Positions 41,163-51,698 of a stretch of 64,000 nt of DNA are shown here, piece by piece (position 1 is the stretch's first letter; each line of letters starts with the position of its first letter). Location of the stretch: positions 1,632,001-1,696,000 of the forward strand of contig CBDCOZ010000003.1 in NCBI GenBank assembly GCA_965220085.1. Reading direction: 5' to 3'. A model generated the notes under the pieces. That model saw nothing but the letters and a program-made list of their open reading frames with translations, ran no database searches and was not told where the DNA came from. The position numbers and the translations under genes were made by a program. The DNA is from Candidatus Oxydemutatoraceae bacterium. Its GTDB lineage: Bacteria; Pseudomonadota; Gammaproteobacteria; Poriferisulfidales; Oxydemutatoraceae.

Positions 41163-42455
41163 TTAGAACTGATCCTCTTCTGTCGAGCCGGATAGCGCGG
41201 TGACAGACGACGCGCCGCCTTGCACGACGGTTGTCACATCGTCAAAGTAGCCGGTGCCGACCTCCGCCTGATGGCTTGAGAAGGTGTAGCCCTTTTCCAA
41301 AGCGGCAAATTCCTTTTCTTGCACCATCTCGACATAGGCTTTCATGCCGTGCTCGACGTAGCCTGCGGACAGGTCAAACATGTGATACCACATATTATGG
41401 ATACCGGCCAAGGTGATGAACTGATACTTATAGCCCATCGCCCCCAACTCGCGCTGGAACTTCCCGATAGTCGCATCGTCCAGATTGCGCTTCCAGTTAA
41501 ACGACGGCGAGCAGTTATATGCGAGCATCTGATCCGGAAACTCCTTGCGGATGGCATCGGCAAACCGCTTCGCCTCATCCAAATCCGGCACAGCGGTTTC
41601 ACACCAGAGCAAGTCCGCATACGGAGCGTAAGACAAACCGCGCGATATCGCCTGATCCAAACCGGCCTTGGTACGGTAGAAACCTTCCGCCGTACGCTCC
41701 CCGGTGACAAACTCTTGGTCTCTGGGGTCGACATCGGAAGTCAGCAAATCCGCCGCATTCGCATCGGTGCGCGCGAGCAACAATGTCGGCACACGACAGA
41801 CATCGGCGGCGAGACGCGCCGCAACCAACTTCTGCACGGCCTCGCCGGTCGGCACCAATACCTTGCCGCCCATGTGGCCGCATTTCTTAACCGACGCCAA
41901 CTGATCTTCAAAATGAACCCCGCCGGCGCCCGCATCTATCATCGCTTTCATCAACTCAAAAGCATTCAGCACCCCGCCAAAGCCCGCTTCGGCATCCGCG
42001 ACGATGGGCGCAAAAAAGTCTTTGCCAGACTCGCCTTTTGCCCAAGCGATCTGGTCGGCGCGGGCAAACGAGTTATTGATCCGCCTCACGACCGCCGGCA
42101 CCGAGTCAGCCGGATACAAGGACTGATCGGGATACATGGATTCGGCAAGGTTCGCATCGGCCGCGACCTGCCAACCCGACAGATAAATCGCCTTCACCCC
42201 GGCCTTTACCTGTTGCAATGCCTGACCGCCGGTCAACGCGCCCAGACAGTTAACGTAAGGCTCGTCGTGTAACAAGCGCCACAATTTCTCGGCGCCGTTT
42301 TTGGCATAAGTAAATTCGGGTTGCACAGACCCGCTTAGCCTGACGACATCTTCGGCCGTATATTCGCGCCTGACACCCTTCCAACGAGGGTTTTCCGCCC
42401 AATCTTTTTCAATAGCGGCAACTAATTGTTTTCTATCCACAGTGACATACTCCAA
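41163..42455 (-). CDS. aceA: Isocitrate lyase
   Basis: [25 protein letters not shown] signature, [16 protein letters not shown]. Confidence 0.98.
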   Translation of the reverse strand: MEYVTVDRKQLVAAIEKDWAENPRWKGVRREYTAEDVVRLSGSVQPEFTYAKNGAEKLWRLLHDEPYVNCLGALTGGQALQQVKAGVKAIYLSGWQVAADANLAESMYPDQSLYPADSVPAVVRRINNSFARADQIAWAKGESGKDFFAPIVADAEAGFGGVLNAFELMKAMIDAGAGGVHFEDQLASVKKCGHMGGKVLVPTGEAVQKLVAARLAADVCRVPTLLLARTDANAADLLTSDVDPRDQEFVTGERTAEGFYRTKAGLDQAISRGLSYAPYADLLWCETAVPDLDEAKRFADAIRKEFPDQMLAYNCSPSFNWKRNLDDATIGKFQRELGAMGYKYQFITLAGIHNMWYHMFDLSAGYVEHGMKAYVEMVQEKEFAALEKGYTFSSHQAEVGTGYFDDVTTVVQGGASSVTALSGSTEEDQF

Positions 42456-42965
42456 GGAAAATTAGAAATACTTTATTAACTGCGGCCTCTGGCAAACCGA
42501 TGAGGCCGACTTGCCGCATATTCTAGCAAACATACCGATATTTGTCGCCTGCCAAAATCCGACCGGAATGATATGCCCGACTCCGCCCGCGCAGCAACGG
42601 AAAAGCGCAAACCCTCTGACGACCCCGTTGCGCCGATACATCCCCGACCGCCTGTTTCCCGGCGTCGCCCCCCGTGATGCCGCCGGATTCATGCCCGTCA
42701 GACGGCTTGCCGCCAAGTTTCATCGATCGCAACAAAGCGACCGACACAGAACCGTCATGACCGCATGCTTCGCGGATGCGGCGCGACACAAACCGCGCCG
42801 ATCTGTGTGACACCCCGCCAAATTGCAAACCGGATATTCCCGGCGGTCACGACTCAACACATCGCCGCTATGGCCGGTTCCGTAATCACATCTTTCCATG
42901 ACCGTGCCGGTGCGCTTGCGGGCGGGCGCGAGAGGAGCATGTGGCGCAAGTCCCGGCGGCTCGCG

Positions 42966-44607
42966 CTACCGCAACGGGCCTTCCAGGAAAAGGCGCAGGC
43001 GCAAGCGCAAGCGTTGCTCCAGATTTATCGTGATGGTGGCGGCATGGGCGCTGGTATTGCGGGTGATGGGTTGGCCAGCGTCATCAAGGTCGCCGCTCGG
43101 TTCATCGCCATCGTCGGTTACTTTGAAGGTGAATGCGGCATAGCCGCTCTGGACGCTCTGCCCGTCCGCCGGCCAGTAGGCGATGGCGCCGATGTTGGCG
43201 GCGGCCACGCGCTGACCGACAGTGGCGTCGGCGCCGCCTACCCGCAGGGTGCCGGCATCCGGCAGGCTGGCAATCTCCACGCTGGCCAAGTTGTCGCCGT
43301 CCTCATCATCAAAGGGAAAGTCTCTGATTGCGAACCTGAAAGGCCGGTTCATCGTGGCATCCGCCGACACATTTATCGTGCGGTCCCGGGGTATGGGCGC
43401 ATCGCTGGCGTTGTGCACCCGGGCGGCGGCGGAGCACAGCCCCGTCACAGTCTCCGGCATGGCGTGAAGATCTCTATAACTGACGCAGACGCGGATGTAC
43501 AGGCCGATATGCTCCAGCATGGGGGTGAATGAATCGCCAGTGGTACCGGGTATGGCGGTGAAAGTGCCGTTTATGGCGGCGGATGACCGCCATTCCCACT
43601 CAAGTGTGCGCAAGTCTATGCCATTGGGCTCCACTATGCCCTCTCTTCTGGCAAACAGTGCGGTATCTTCGGCGTAGGTCGGGGCTTCAACAGCGGTGGG
43701 GTTGCCGGGGTTGGTGACTATGGTGGGCCTGCCGCTGGTGGCAACCTGGGCTGTCGATACCAGACGGATAAAGATTTGGTTGGTGGTTCTGGAGGCCATG
43801 TTGCTGGTGCCATCGCTGCCATCATCGGTCACACCGAAAGCGATGATATCGTACGAGGCATTGGCATCATCAGGGTCGGTGGGTTGCTGGCCCGGCTCCG
43901 GGTAATAGGTCAGAGCGCCGGCATTCAGTTGGGCCACAGTTATGGGGTTTTCGGGGACGGCGGTCAGGGCCGTGCCATTCAGGGCCAGGGTGCCATTATT
44001 GGGCACTCGATTCAGGGTGACACTGGCCAGCATGTCGTTATCGGCATCCTCAAAAGTGAAGTCGGTTGACGGGAGCACATAGGGGTTCGCGGAAGTGGCG
44101 GTGGTCGCCACCGAAATGAAGTTGGCGGTGGGCATCGGCCGGTCATTGATGTTGGCCACGGCGGTGGCTATCTGGTTGCATCGCTGCTCGTCATTGCCGC
44201 CGCTGTCGGTGAACGATGCGCAGACCCGCAGAAACTTGCCCACCTCGTCATCGCCCGGAGTGAAGGCGGCCCTGTCCGCGCCGACGATGTCGGTATAGAT
44301 GCCGCCATTGCTATCGGCCGCACTCCACTGCCAGGCCAGGGTGCCGACCGTGGTGGTTGGCGTATTGTCCGGGTCTTCTATGCCGCCTTGGGATGCGGTG
44401 ATGGCGGAGTCTTCGGTGGGAGCGGCTATGCCGCTGGCGTAGGCGACCATCGGCATGCCGGTAGCATTGTCCTGTGCCTGTGCTTGAGTAGATACGATGA
44501 GGAAAGCGAGCAACAAGAGCGGGCAGAGACCGCACCCGCTCAGGTCAATTCGGCACGGGGGGGGGGGGGGGGGGGGGGGGCATCAGTATTAAAATTTGTT
44601 GTTTCAT
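42966..44607 (-). CDS. LEGPLR-family secreted protein with four Ig/cadherin-like domains; frameshifted by poly-C24 after codon 9 (putative phase-OFF)
   Basis: RBS AGGA and ATG at 44607 give MKQQILILM-P8-VPN-stop. A tract of 3n+2 C would join it to the long ORF (…LLLLAFLIVSTQAQA…RLRLRLFLEGPLR). Confidence 0.8.
44557..44580 (-). repeat. Homopolymer G24 (+) / C24 (coding strand)
   Basis: Counted directly; matches the RGGGGGGGA translation in the ORF track. Confidence 0.9.
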
Positions 44608-44985
44608 ATCTATTATTCCTATGACAGTCTGTATATCACGAATGCAGTCGTGCGATGAGTTCTGCGCACTCTGCCACAAAATGCAAGTCATCTATCAGTT
44701 TCTGTATCTCCTGCTTCTAGCAAATTTAATTATACGTTATATGTCCACAAACTGTTTGCAGACTGTTTAATATTGCACTATACCACAAGTTCGGTCATTT
44801 GCAAATTGGATTGAAATCTAGGTTTTATCTAGGTTTGTGTCGCACTATACCACAAAGTGCGAATCATGCAAGCGCTTGTTTGATGCCATGACATAGCGGA
44901 CATCTGGGGCAGACATTGTGTGTCATTGGCGCTTGCACGGTATCCATGGCAATGCAATCTCAGGATGCGTTGCCTTAAAACCCAT
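44582..44985 (-). promoter_or_regulatory. Promoter/leader cassette, copy C
   Basis: AT-rich block nearly identical to 47379-47780 and (first ~290 bp) 52277-52567. Two TTGTGGTATAGTGC extended -10-like elements (44775-44788, 44842-44855). Confidence 0.75.
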
Positions 44986-45126
44986 GCCGACGCAAGGGTT
45001 CTGGAGCCTGATTCGTTATCCATGGCAATGCGCGCGATGCGCTGCCCTGAAACCCTTGCCAAGACGGGGCTTGCGGTGTGCTATGCCGCCCCCCAGAATA
45101 CTCGCCTGCTCCGCAGATTACTCGCG

Positions 45127-45978
45127 CTATCGCAACGGGCCTTCCAGGAAAAGGCGCAACCGCAAGCGTATATCAGGCGGCAACTGTGTCACCTGATGAG
45201 CGTCTGTGCTACACAGCGGCCCTTCCGATGCGGGCATGGAAAACTGATCCTTGAAAGAAACACAGGCGCGGACGTACCTGCCCAGTTGTGCGGCAGTCGG
45301 TGCGAAATCTGAGGAATAAGTAGCGCCCGCTATGTCGCTGTAAGCACTGGGTGCGGGAACACCGCTGGCGGGGGCGTCGGCCTGTTGCCACTGCCAACTC
45401 AAGGTGCTGACATCAATGCCGTTGAGGTCCGTCACACCGGTGATGGAAGCGCTAATCCGGTGCGTGTCTGTGGCGGTGGCGATTGCGGGCGCGCCGCTGG
45501 CGGCCGTCTGCGCGAGGGCCCCAATCAGATTGATGGTCATGGTGGCCTTGCTATCGACACCCCCAGTCTGTATCGCAAAGGTAAAACTGTCGTAACCGTT
45601 GGCGACAGAGATGGCAGTGACCGGGGGGGTGTAGGAGACACCCTGGCTACTACTCGTTCCGGTGAGGTCAGAGGCGAGGTATATAAATGTCTGACCATCA
45701 CCGTCACCTGCGAGTGCCACCATGATATTGGTCCGGATATCTATCAGCCTGCCATTGGCGGGGTAGGAGAAGACCAGCACAGCGCCACTGGTAAGACCGA
45801 AATCTGCGGCGGTGAAGTAATATGTGCCGCCGCCAATCGGGACATCAACACTCTGGTCTGTCGCCTGGGCATAAACATGGGTTGCGCCCAATGCCAAGGG
45901 CAGAATCAGCAGAATAAGCAACCGACGGCTAAGCCGGGTTAGTGTTCGGGGGGCAGTATCAAAAATTTGGCAGTTCAT
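45127..45978 (-). CDS. LEGPLR-family secreted protein (short leader, N-domain alpha, C-module X)
   Basis: AGGAG RBS before MNCQIFDTAPR; signal peptide ...LALGATHVYA; ends LPPDIRLRLRLFLEGPLR. Confidence 0.85.
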   Translation of the reverse strand: MNCQIFDTAPRTLTRLSRRLLILLILPLALGATHVYAQATDQSVDVPIGGGTYYFTAADFGLTSGAVLVFSYPANGRLIDIRTNIMVALAGDGDGQTFIYLASDLTGTSSSQGVSYTPPVTAISVANGYDSFTFAIQTGGVDSKATMTINLIGALAQTAASGAPAIATATDTHRISASITGVTDLNGIDVSTLSWQWQQADAPASGVPAPSAYSDIAGATYSSDFAPTAAQLGRYVRACVSFKDQFSMPASEGPLCSTDAHQVTQLPPDIRLRLRLFLEGPLR

Positions 45979-46085
45979 AGTATTTCTCCTGATGGTTTGG
46001 GTTTCGTGAATGCGGTTGTGCAATGAGTCGCACCATCTCTTGTGCGCCTCATAACACTCTCCTTTTCCGCCGTAGGTTACTTGCA

Positions 46086-47404
46086 TCATCGCAGGGGGCC
46101 CTCAAGGAAGAGACGCAACCGCAAGCGCAGATTTGAGATGCCGCTATCCGCGCCAGTCTCTATGCCAAAGGTCAGTGTGCCTGTATCGCCGTCTGCGTCG
46201 GTGGCGGTGAGGGTATAGGCGGTCTTGGCAACCGTAGCGGTGGGGGTGCCGCTTATGGTGCGGGTGGCTGCGGTGAAACTGAGGCCCGCGGGCAAGGCCG
46301 GGGTCAGGCTGTATGTGACAGCGCCATTGCCGCCGGTCGCCGCAGGCAGAATCAAGTCGGTGATGGCCTTGCCGGTCACCCAGACCTGATCCGCCACCGA
46401 TGTATTGTCGAAGAAGGGCACATTGGATACCAGTACGCCAGTGCTACACAGCTCTGAGGATGCCGGAGCGGAGAACTGGTCCATGAATGCGGCGCAAACC
46501 CGCAGGTACTTGCTCGCGTGTGCGGCAAGGGGTGTGAAGTTTGAGGAAATTGTGCCTCTGGCAACGGTTATATCGCTGTAGGCACTGATTGCATTGGCGC
46601 CAACGCCTATCACATCGGCCTGCTGCCACTTCCAGGTCAGGGTGGCGACATCAATGCCGTTGGGCTCCGTCACACCGGCGATGGATGCCGTAAGCAGCAC
46701 ACCGGTGTTATAGGCGGTGGCGCCCATGGCGGCCGCAACAGTGGGCGCGCCGCTGGCGGCCGTCTGCGTGGATGCTCCCACCAGATTGATGGTCACGGTG
46801 GCCGTGGTATGGTTGGCACCGACATGCAACTCAAAGATGAAGCTGTCATAACCGTTGGCGACAGAGATGGCAGCGGTCGGGGGCCTGTATTCGACGGTTC
46901 CGACTCCAGTGGAGAACTCAATCGGGAAATATGCATCTGTATTATCGTCATCAACACTTGAAACGCCCACGTCTCGCACAAGACTGGTATCAAATAACCT
47001 GCCATGAGTGGGTTGGGTTTGGAACATCAGTATTTGGGAGTCAAGACCGCCGAAATCTATTTTCCTGAGCACATATCCGTTGCTTCCAATAGTGACATCA
47101 ACACTGGTGTCCGAGGCTTGAGCGTTAGCCTGTGTCGCGCCCAATGCCAGACACAGGACCAACAGGCAACGCATGAGCGGATCCGACCACAGTCCGGCAG
47201 GCAGGCGGACCGCAACAGACCGCAACCACGACAACAGACCGCGCACAGCCGGGCGGCGCGACCGCTTTGCGGATGGCGGGTTGCTATGTGCGGGTGATAA
47301 AAAACGGGTGAGAAGGCGATACGGCGAAACGCCGGCAATCCCCTTACTTACAAAGCTGCGGGGGGGGGGGGGGGGGGTATCAGTATTAAAATTTGTTGTT
47401 TCAT
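46086..47404 (-). CDS. LEGPLR-family secreted protein (long leader, N-domain beta, Ig plus He_PIG-like C-module Y); frameshifted by poly-C18
   Basis: AGGAG RBS and ATG at 47404 give MKQQILILI-P6-AAL-stop; 3n+1 C restores the frame. He_PIG-like LPAGLSF...TISGTPT. Ends NLRLRLRLFLEGPLR. Confidence 0.8.
47360..47377 (-). repeat. Homopolymer G18 / C18
   Basis: Counted directly. Confidence 0.9.
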
Positions 47405-47780
47405 ATCTGTCTCTCCTGTGACAGTCTGTATATCGTGAATGCAGTCGTGCGATGAGTGCGGTGTGCTCTGCACAAAATGCAAGTCATCTATCAGTTTCTG
47501 TATCTCCTGCTTCTAGCAAATTTAATTATACGTTATATGTCCACAAACTGTTTGCAGACTGTTTAATATTGCACTATACCACAAGTTCGGTCATTTGCAA
47601 ATTGGATTGAAATCTAGGTTTTATCTAGGTTTGTGTCGCACTATACCACAAAGTGCGAATCATGCAAGCGCTTGTTTGATGCCATGACATAGCGGACATC
47701 TGGGGCAGACATTGTGTGTCATTGGCGCTTGCACGGTATCCATGGCAATGCAATCTCAGGATGCGTTGCCTTAAAACCCT
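47379..47780 (-). promoter_or_regulatory. Promoter/leader cassette, copy B
   Basis: Near-identical to copies C and A; TTGTGGTATAGTGC at 47571-47584 and 47638-47651. Confidence 0.75.
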
Positions 47781-47853
47781 TGCCAAGACGGGGCTTGCGG
47801 TGTGCTATGCCGGTCCCCAGAATACTCGCCTGCTCCGTCGCAGATTACTCGCG

Positions 47854-49005
47854 CTATCGCAACGGACCCTCAAGAAAGAGCCGCAGCCGCAAGCGCAGAT
47901 TTGAGATGCCGCGATCCGCGCCCGTCTCTATGCCAAAGGTCAGCGTGCTTGTATCGCCGTCTGCGTCGGTGGCGGTGAGAGCATAGGCGGTCTTGGCAAC
48001 CGTAGCGGTGGGGGTGCCGCTGATGGTGCGGGTGGCTGCGGTGAAACTGAGTCCCGCGGGCAGGGCCGGGGTCAGGCTGTACGTGACAGCGCCATTGCCG
48101 CCGGTCGCCGCAGGCAGAACCAGGTCGGTGATGGCCTTGCCGGTCGCCCAGACCTGATCCGCCACCGATGTATTGTCGAAGAAGGGCACATTGGATACCA
48201 GTACGCCAGCGCTACACAGCGGCCCTTCCGATGCGGGCGTGGAGAACTGGTCCATGAATGCGGCGCAAACCCGCAGGTACTTGCTCGCGTGTGCGGCAAG
48301 GGGTGTGAAGTTTGAGGAAATTGTGCCTGTGACAGTGGTTATATCGCTGTAGGCGCTGATTGCATTGGCGCCAATGCCTATAATATCGGCCTGCTGCCAC
48401 TTCCATGCCAGAGTGCCGACATTGATGCCGTTGGGCTCAGTCACACCTGTGATGGAGGCAACCAGCGGCACACCGGTGTTATAGGCGGTGGCGGTTGTGG
48501 CGGCCGCAACAGTGGGCGCGCCGGTAGCGGTCATCTGCGTGAGTGCCCCCACCATGTTGATGGTCACGGTGGCCGTGGTATGGTTGCCACCGACATGCAA
48601 CTCAAAGATGAAGCTGTCATAACCGCTGACGACAGAGATGGCAGTGGCCGGGGGCCTGTATTCGACACGATGGGTTCCGCCAGAGAAATCGATCGGGAAA
48701 TATCCATCCGCCTGATCGCCATAAACACTTGAAACCGCCACGTCTCGCATATCATTGGTATTATACAACCTGCCATGAGTGGGTTGGGTTTGGTATCTCA
48801 GTGTTTGGGAAACAAAACCGCCGATATCTGTTTTCTCGAGTGTATACCCACTGCTTCCAATAGCGACATCAACACTGGTGTCCGAGGCTTGAGCGTTGGC
48901 CTGTGTCGCGCCCAATGCCAAGGGCAGAATCAGCGACCAGCGGCTAAGCCGCGTCATCGTTGCCCGCCGGTGCCGGGGGGCGGTATCAGAAATTGGGTAG
49001 TTCAT
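47854..49005 (-). CDS. LEGPLR-family secreted protein (short leader, N-domain beta, C-module Y)
   Basis: AAGGAG RBS, MNYPISDTAPR...LALGATQANA; C-half nearly identical to the 46086 gene; same terminal motif. Confidence 0.85.
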   Translation of the reverse strand: MNYPISDTAPRHRRATMTRLSRWSLILPLALGATQANAQASDTSVDVAIGSSGYTLEKTDIGGFVSQTLRYQTQPTHGRLYNTNDMRDVAVSSVYGDQADGYFPIDFSGGTHRVEYRPPATAISVVSGYDSFIFELHVGGNHTTATVTINMVGALTQMTATGAPTVAAATTATAYNTGVPLVASITGVTEPNGINVGTLAWKWQQADIIGIGANAISAYSDITTVTGTISSNFTPLAAHASKYLRVCAAFMDQFSTPASEGPLCSAGVLVSNVPFFDNTSVADQVWATGKAITDLVLPAATGGNGAVTYSLTPALPAGLSFTAATRTISGTPTATVAKTAYALTATDADGDTSTLTFGIETGADRGISNLRLRLRLFLEGPLR

Positions 49006-49112
49006 CGTATTTCTCCTTCTGGTTTGGGTTTCGTGAATGCGGTTGTGCAATGAGTCGCACCATCTCTTGTGCGCCTCATAACATTCTCCTTTTCCGCCGT
49101 AGGTTACTCGCA

Positions 49113-49979
49113 TCATCGCAACGGGCCCTCAAGAAAGAGGCGCAACCGCAAGCGTATATCAGGCGGCAACTCTGTCACCTGAGTGCCGGCGCTACACAGC
49201 GGCCCTTCCGGTTCCGGCGTGTCATGCTGATCCATAAAAGAAACACAGGCGCGCACATACCTGCCCAGTTGGGCGGCAGTCGGTGCGAAGAGGGAAGAAG
49301 TGGCATCCTCTATGTCAACAATGTAGTCGCTGGGTGCGGGAACACCGCTGGCGGGGGCGTCGGCCTGTTGCCACTGCCAGCTTAGGGTGCCGACATCAAT
49401 GCCGTTGAGGTCCGTCACACCGGTGATGGAAGCGCTGATCCGGTGCGTGTCTGTGGCGGTGGTGATTTTGGGCGCGCCGCTGGCGTCCGTCTGCGTGGAT
49501 GCGCCCACCAGATTGATGGTCATGGTGGCCCTGATATGGTTGCCGAAGGAACGTGTCTCAAAGATGAAGCTGTCGTAACCGTTGACGACAGAGACGGCAG
49601 CGGCCGGGGGCCTGTACTCCATAGTACCGGTTCCGCCGGAGCCGGTGAAATCGGCGCTCCAGAAATGTGCATCCCCGCCATCATCATCACCTAAAACGTC
49701 CACGTCTCGGTTAAGAGAGACATTAAACACCCTGCCATGAGTGGGTTGGGAGTAGAGATACAAAGTTCCATGGGTGGATCCAAAACCGCCGAAATCTGTA
49801 CGCTTAAATACATATGCGCCGCCAATCGGGACATTAACACTGCTGGCTTGAGCTTGAGCGTTGGCCTGTGTCGCGCCCAATGCCAAGGGCAGAATCAGCA
49901 GAATAAGCGACCGGCGGCTAAGCCGGGTCATCGTTGTCCGCCAGCACCGGGGGGCAGTATCAAAAATTTGGCAGTTCAT
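49113..49979 (-). CDS. LEGPLR-family secreted protein (short leader, N-domain gamma, C-module X)
   Basis: AGGAG RBS, MNCQIFDTAPR leader, same terminal motif. Confidence 0.85.
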   Translation of the reverse strand: MNCQIFDTAPRCWRTTMTRLSRRSLILLILPLALGATQANAQAQASSVNVPIGGAYVFKRTDFGGFGSTHGTLYLYSQPTHGRVFNVSLNRDVDVLGDDDGGDAHFWSADFTGSGGTGTMEYRPPAAAVSVVNGYDSFIFETRSFGNHIRATMTINLVGASTQTDASGAPKITTATDTHRISASITGVTDLNGIDVGTLSWQWQQADAPASGVPAPSDYIVDIEDATSSLFAPTAAQLGRYVRACVSFMDQHDTPEPEGPLCSAGTQVTELPPDIRLRLRLFLEGPLR

Positions 49980-51698
49980 AGTATTTCTCCTAATGGTTTG
50001 GGTTTCGTGAATGCGGTTGCAATGAGTCGCACCATAAACAATCCGCAAACAGTTGATGGAGCACAATACTTAATTGTTTGTGCCTCATTAAATGTTGCTT
50101 GTGTACATAACTCACAAAGCGCAAGTCATCCACAAGTATCTTTGTATCCTGTCTCATCCTCTTGTGCACCTCATAACTATCCTTCTCCGCAGCTACGCAC
50201 TACCGCAACGGGCCTTCAAGGAAAAGGCGCAGGCGCAGGCGTATATCAGGCGGTAGCTCTGTCACCCGAGTGCCGGCGCTACACAGCGGCCCTTCCGGTT
50301 CCGGCGTGTCATGCTGATCCATAAAAGAAACACAGGCGCGCACATACCTGCCCAGTTGGGCGGCAGTCGGTGCGAAGAGGGAAGAAGTGGCATCCTCTAT
50401 GTCAACAATGTAGTCGCTGGGTGCGGGAACACCGCTGGCGGGGGCGTCGGCCTGTTGCCACTGCCAGCTTAGGGTGCCGACATCAATGCCGTTGAGGTCC
50501 GTCACACCGGTGATGGAAGCGCTAATCCGGTGCGTGTCTGTGGCGGTGGTGATTTTGGGCGCGCCGGTAGCGGCCGTCTGCGTGGATGCTCCCACCAGGT
50601 TGATGGTCATGGTGGCCATCGTATCGACACCCCCAGTCAGTATCGAAAAGGTAAAACTGTCGTAACCGTTGGCGACAGAGATGGCAGTGGCCGGGGGTGT
50701 GTAGGAGACACCCTGGCTGTTAGCCGTTCCGGTGAGGTCAAAAGCGAAGTATGCAAACGTCTGACCATCACCGTCACCTGCGAGTGCCACCATGATATTG
50801 TTCCGGATATCTATCAGCCTGCCATTGGCGGGGTGGGAGAAGAACCGCACAGCGCCACTGGTAAGACCGAAATCTGCGGCAGTAAAGTAATATGTGCTGC
50901 CGCCAATCGGGACATTAACACTCTGGTCCGTCGCCTGGGCATAAACATAGGTTGCGCCCAATGCCAAGGGCAGAATCAGCAGAATAAGCGACCGGCGGCT
51001 AAGCCGGGTCATCGTTGTCCGCCAGCACCGGGGGGCAGTATCAAAAATTTGGCAGTTCATAGTATTTCTCCTAATGGTTTGGGTTTCGTGAATGCGGTTG
51101 CAATGAGTCGCACCATAAACAATCCGCAAACAGCTGATGGAGCACAATACTTAATTGTTTGTGCCTCATTAAATGTTGCTTGTGTACATAACTCACAAAG
51201 CGCAAGTCATCCACAAGTATCTTTGTATCCTGTCTCATCCTCTTGTGCACCTCATAACTATCCTTCTCCGCAGCTACGCACTACCGCAACGGGCCTTCAA
51301 GGAAAAGGCGCAGGCGCAGGCGTATATCAGGCGGTAGCTCTGTCACCCGAGTGCCGGCGCTACACAGCGGCCCTTCCGGTTCCGGCGTGTCATGCTGATC
51401 CATAAAAGAAACACAGGCGCGCACATACCTGCCCAGTTGGGCGGCAGTCGGTGCGAAGAGGGAAGAAGTGGCATCCTCTATGTCAACAATGTAGGCGATG
51501 GGTGCGGGAACACCGCTGGCGGGGGCGTCGGCCTGTTGCCACTGCCAGATTAGGGTACCGACATCAATGCCGTTGAGGTCCGTCACACCGGTGATGGAAG
51601 CGCTAATCCGGTGCGTGTCTGTGGCGGTGGTGATTTTGGGCGCGCCGGTAGCGGCCGTCTGCGTGGATGCCCCAACCATGTTGATGGTCATGGTGGCC
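49873..51698. repeat. ~745-bp near-identical direct repeat pair (49873-50617 and 50954-51698, offset 1081)
   Basis: Each copy spans C-module X, the intergenic region and the leader of the next gene; only a few substitutions visible. Confidence 0.9.
50200..51060 (-). CDS. LEGPLR-family secreted protein (short leader, N-domain alpha, C-module X)
   Basis: AGGAG RBS; N-domain close to the 45127 gene, C-module close to the 49113 and 51281 genes. Confidence 0.85.
   Translation of the reverse strand: MNCQIFDTAPRCWRTTMTRLSRRSLILLILPLALGATYVYAQATDQSVNVPIGGSTYYFTAADFGLTSGAVRFFSHPANGRLIDIRNNIMVALAGDGDGQTFAYFAFDLTGTANSQGVSYTPPATAISVANGYDSFTFSILTGGVDTMATMTINLVGASTQTAATGAPKITTATDTHRISASITGVTDLNGIDVGTLSWQWQQADAPASGVPAPSDYIVDIEDATSSLFAPTAAQLGRYVRACVSFMDQHDTPEPEGPLCSAGTRVTELPPDIRLRLRLFLEGPLR

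Noticed and set aside
44941-45060. ~70-bp difference between spacer copies C and B as a mobile element
   Set aside because: It is bounded by imperfect direct repeats (TATCCATGGCAATGC...AAACCC.TGCC), consistent with slippage; there are no terminal inverted repeats or transposase.
45979-51147. N-terminal extensions of array ORFs (MMQVTYGG..., MCSINCLR...) suggesting overlapping genes
   Set aside because: AGGAG RBSs sit directly before the internal MNC/MNY ATGs, which match the solitary paralogue's start; the extensions are intergenic sequence.
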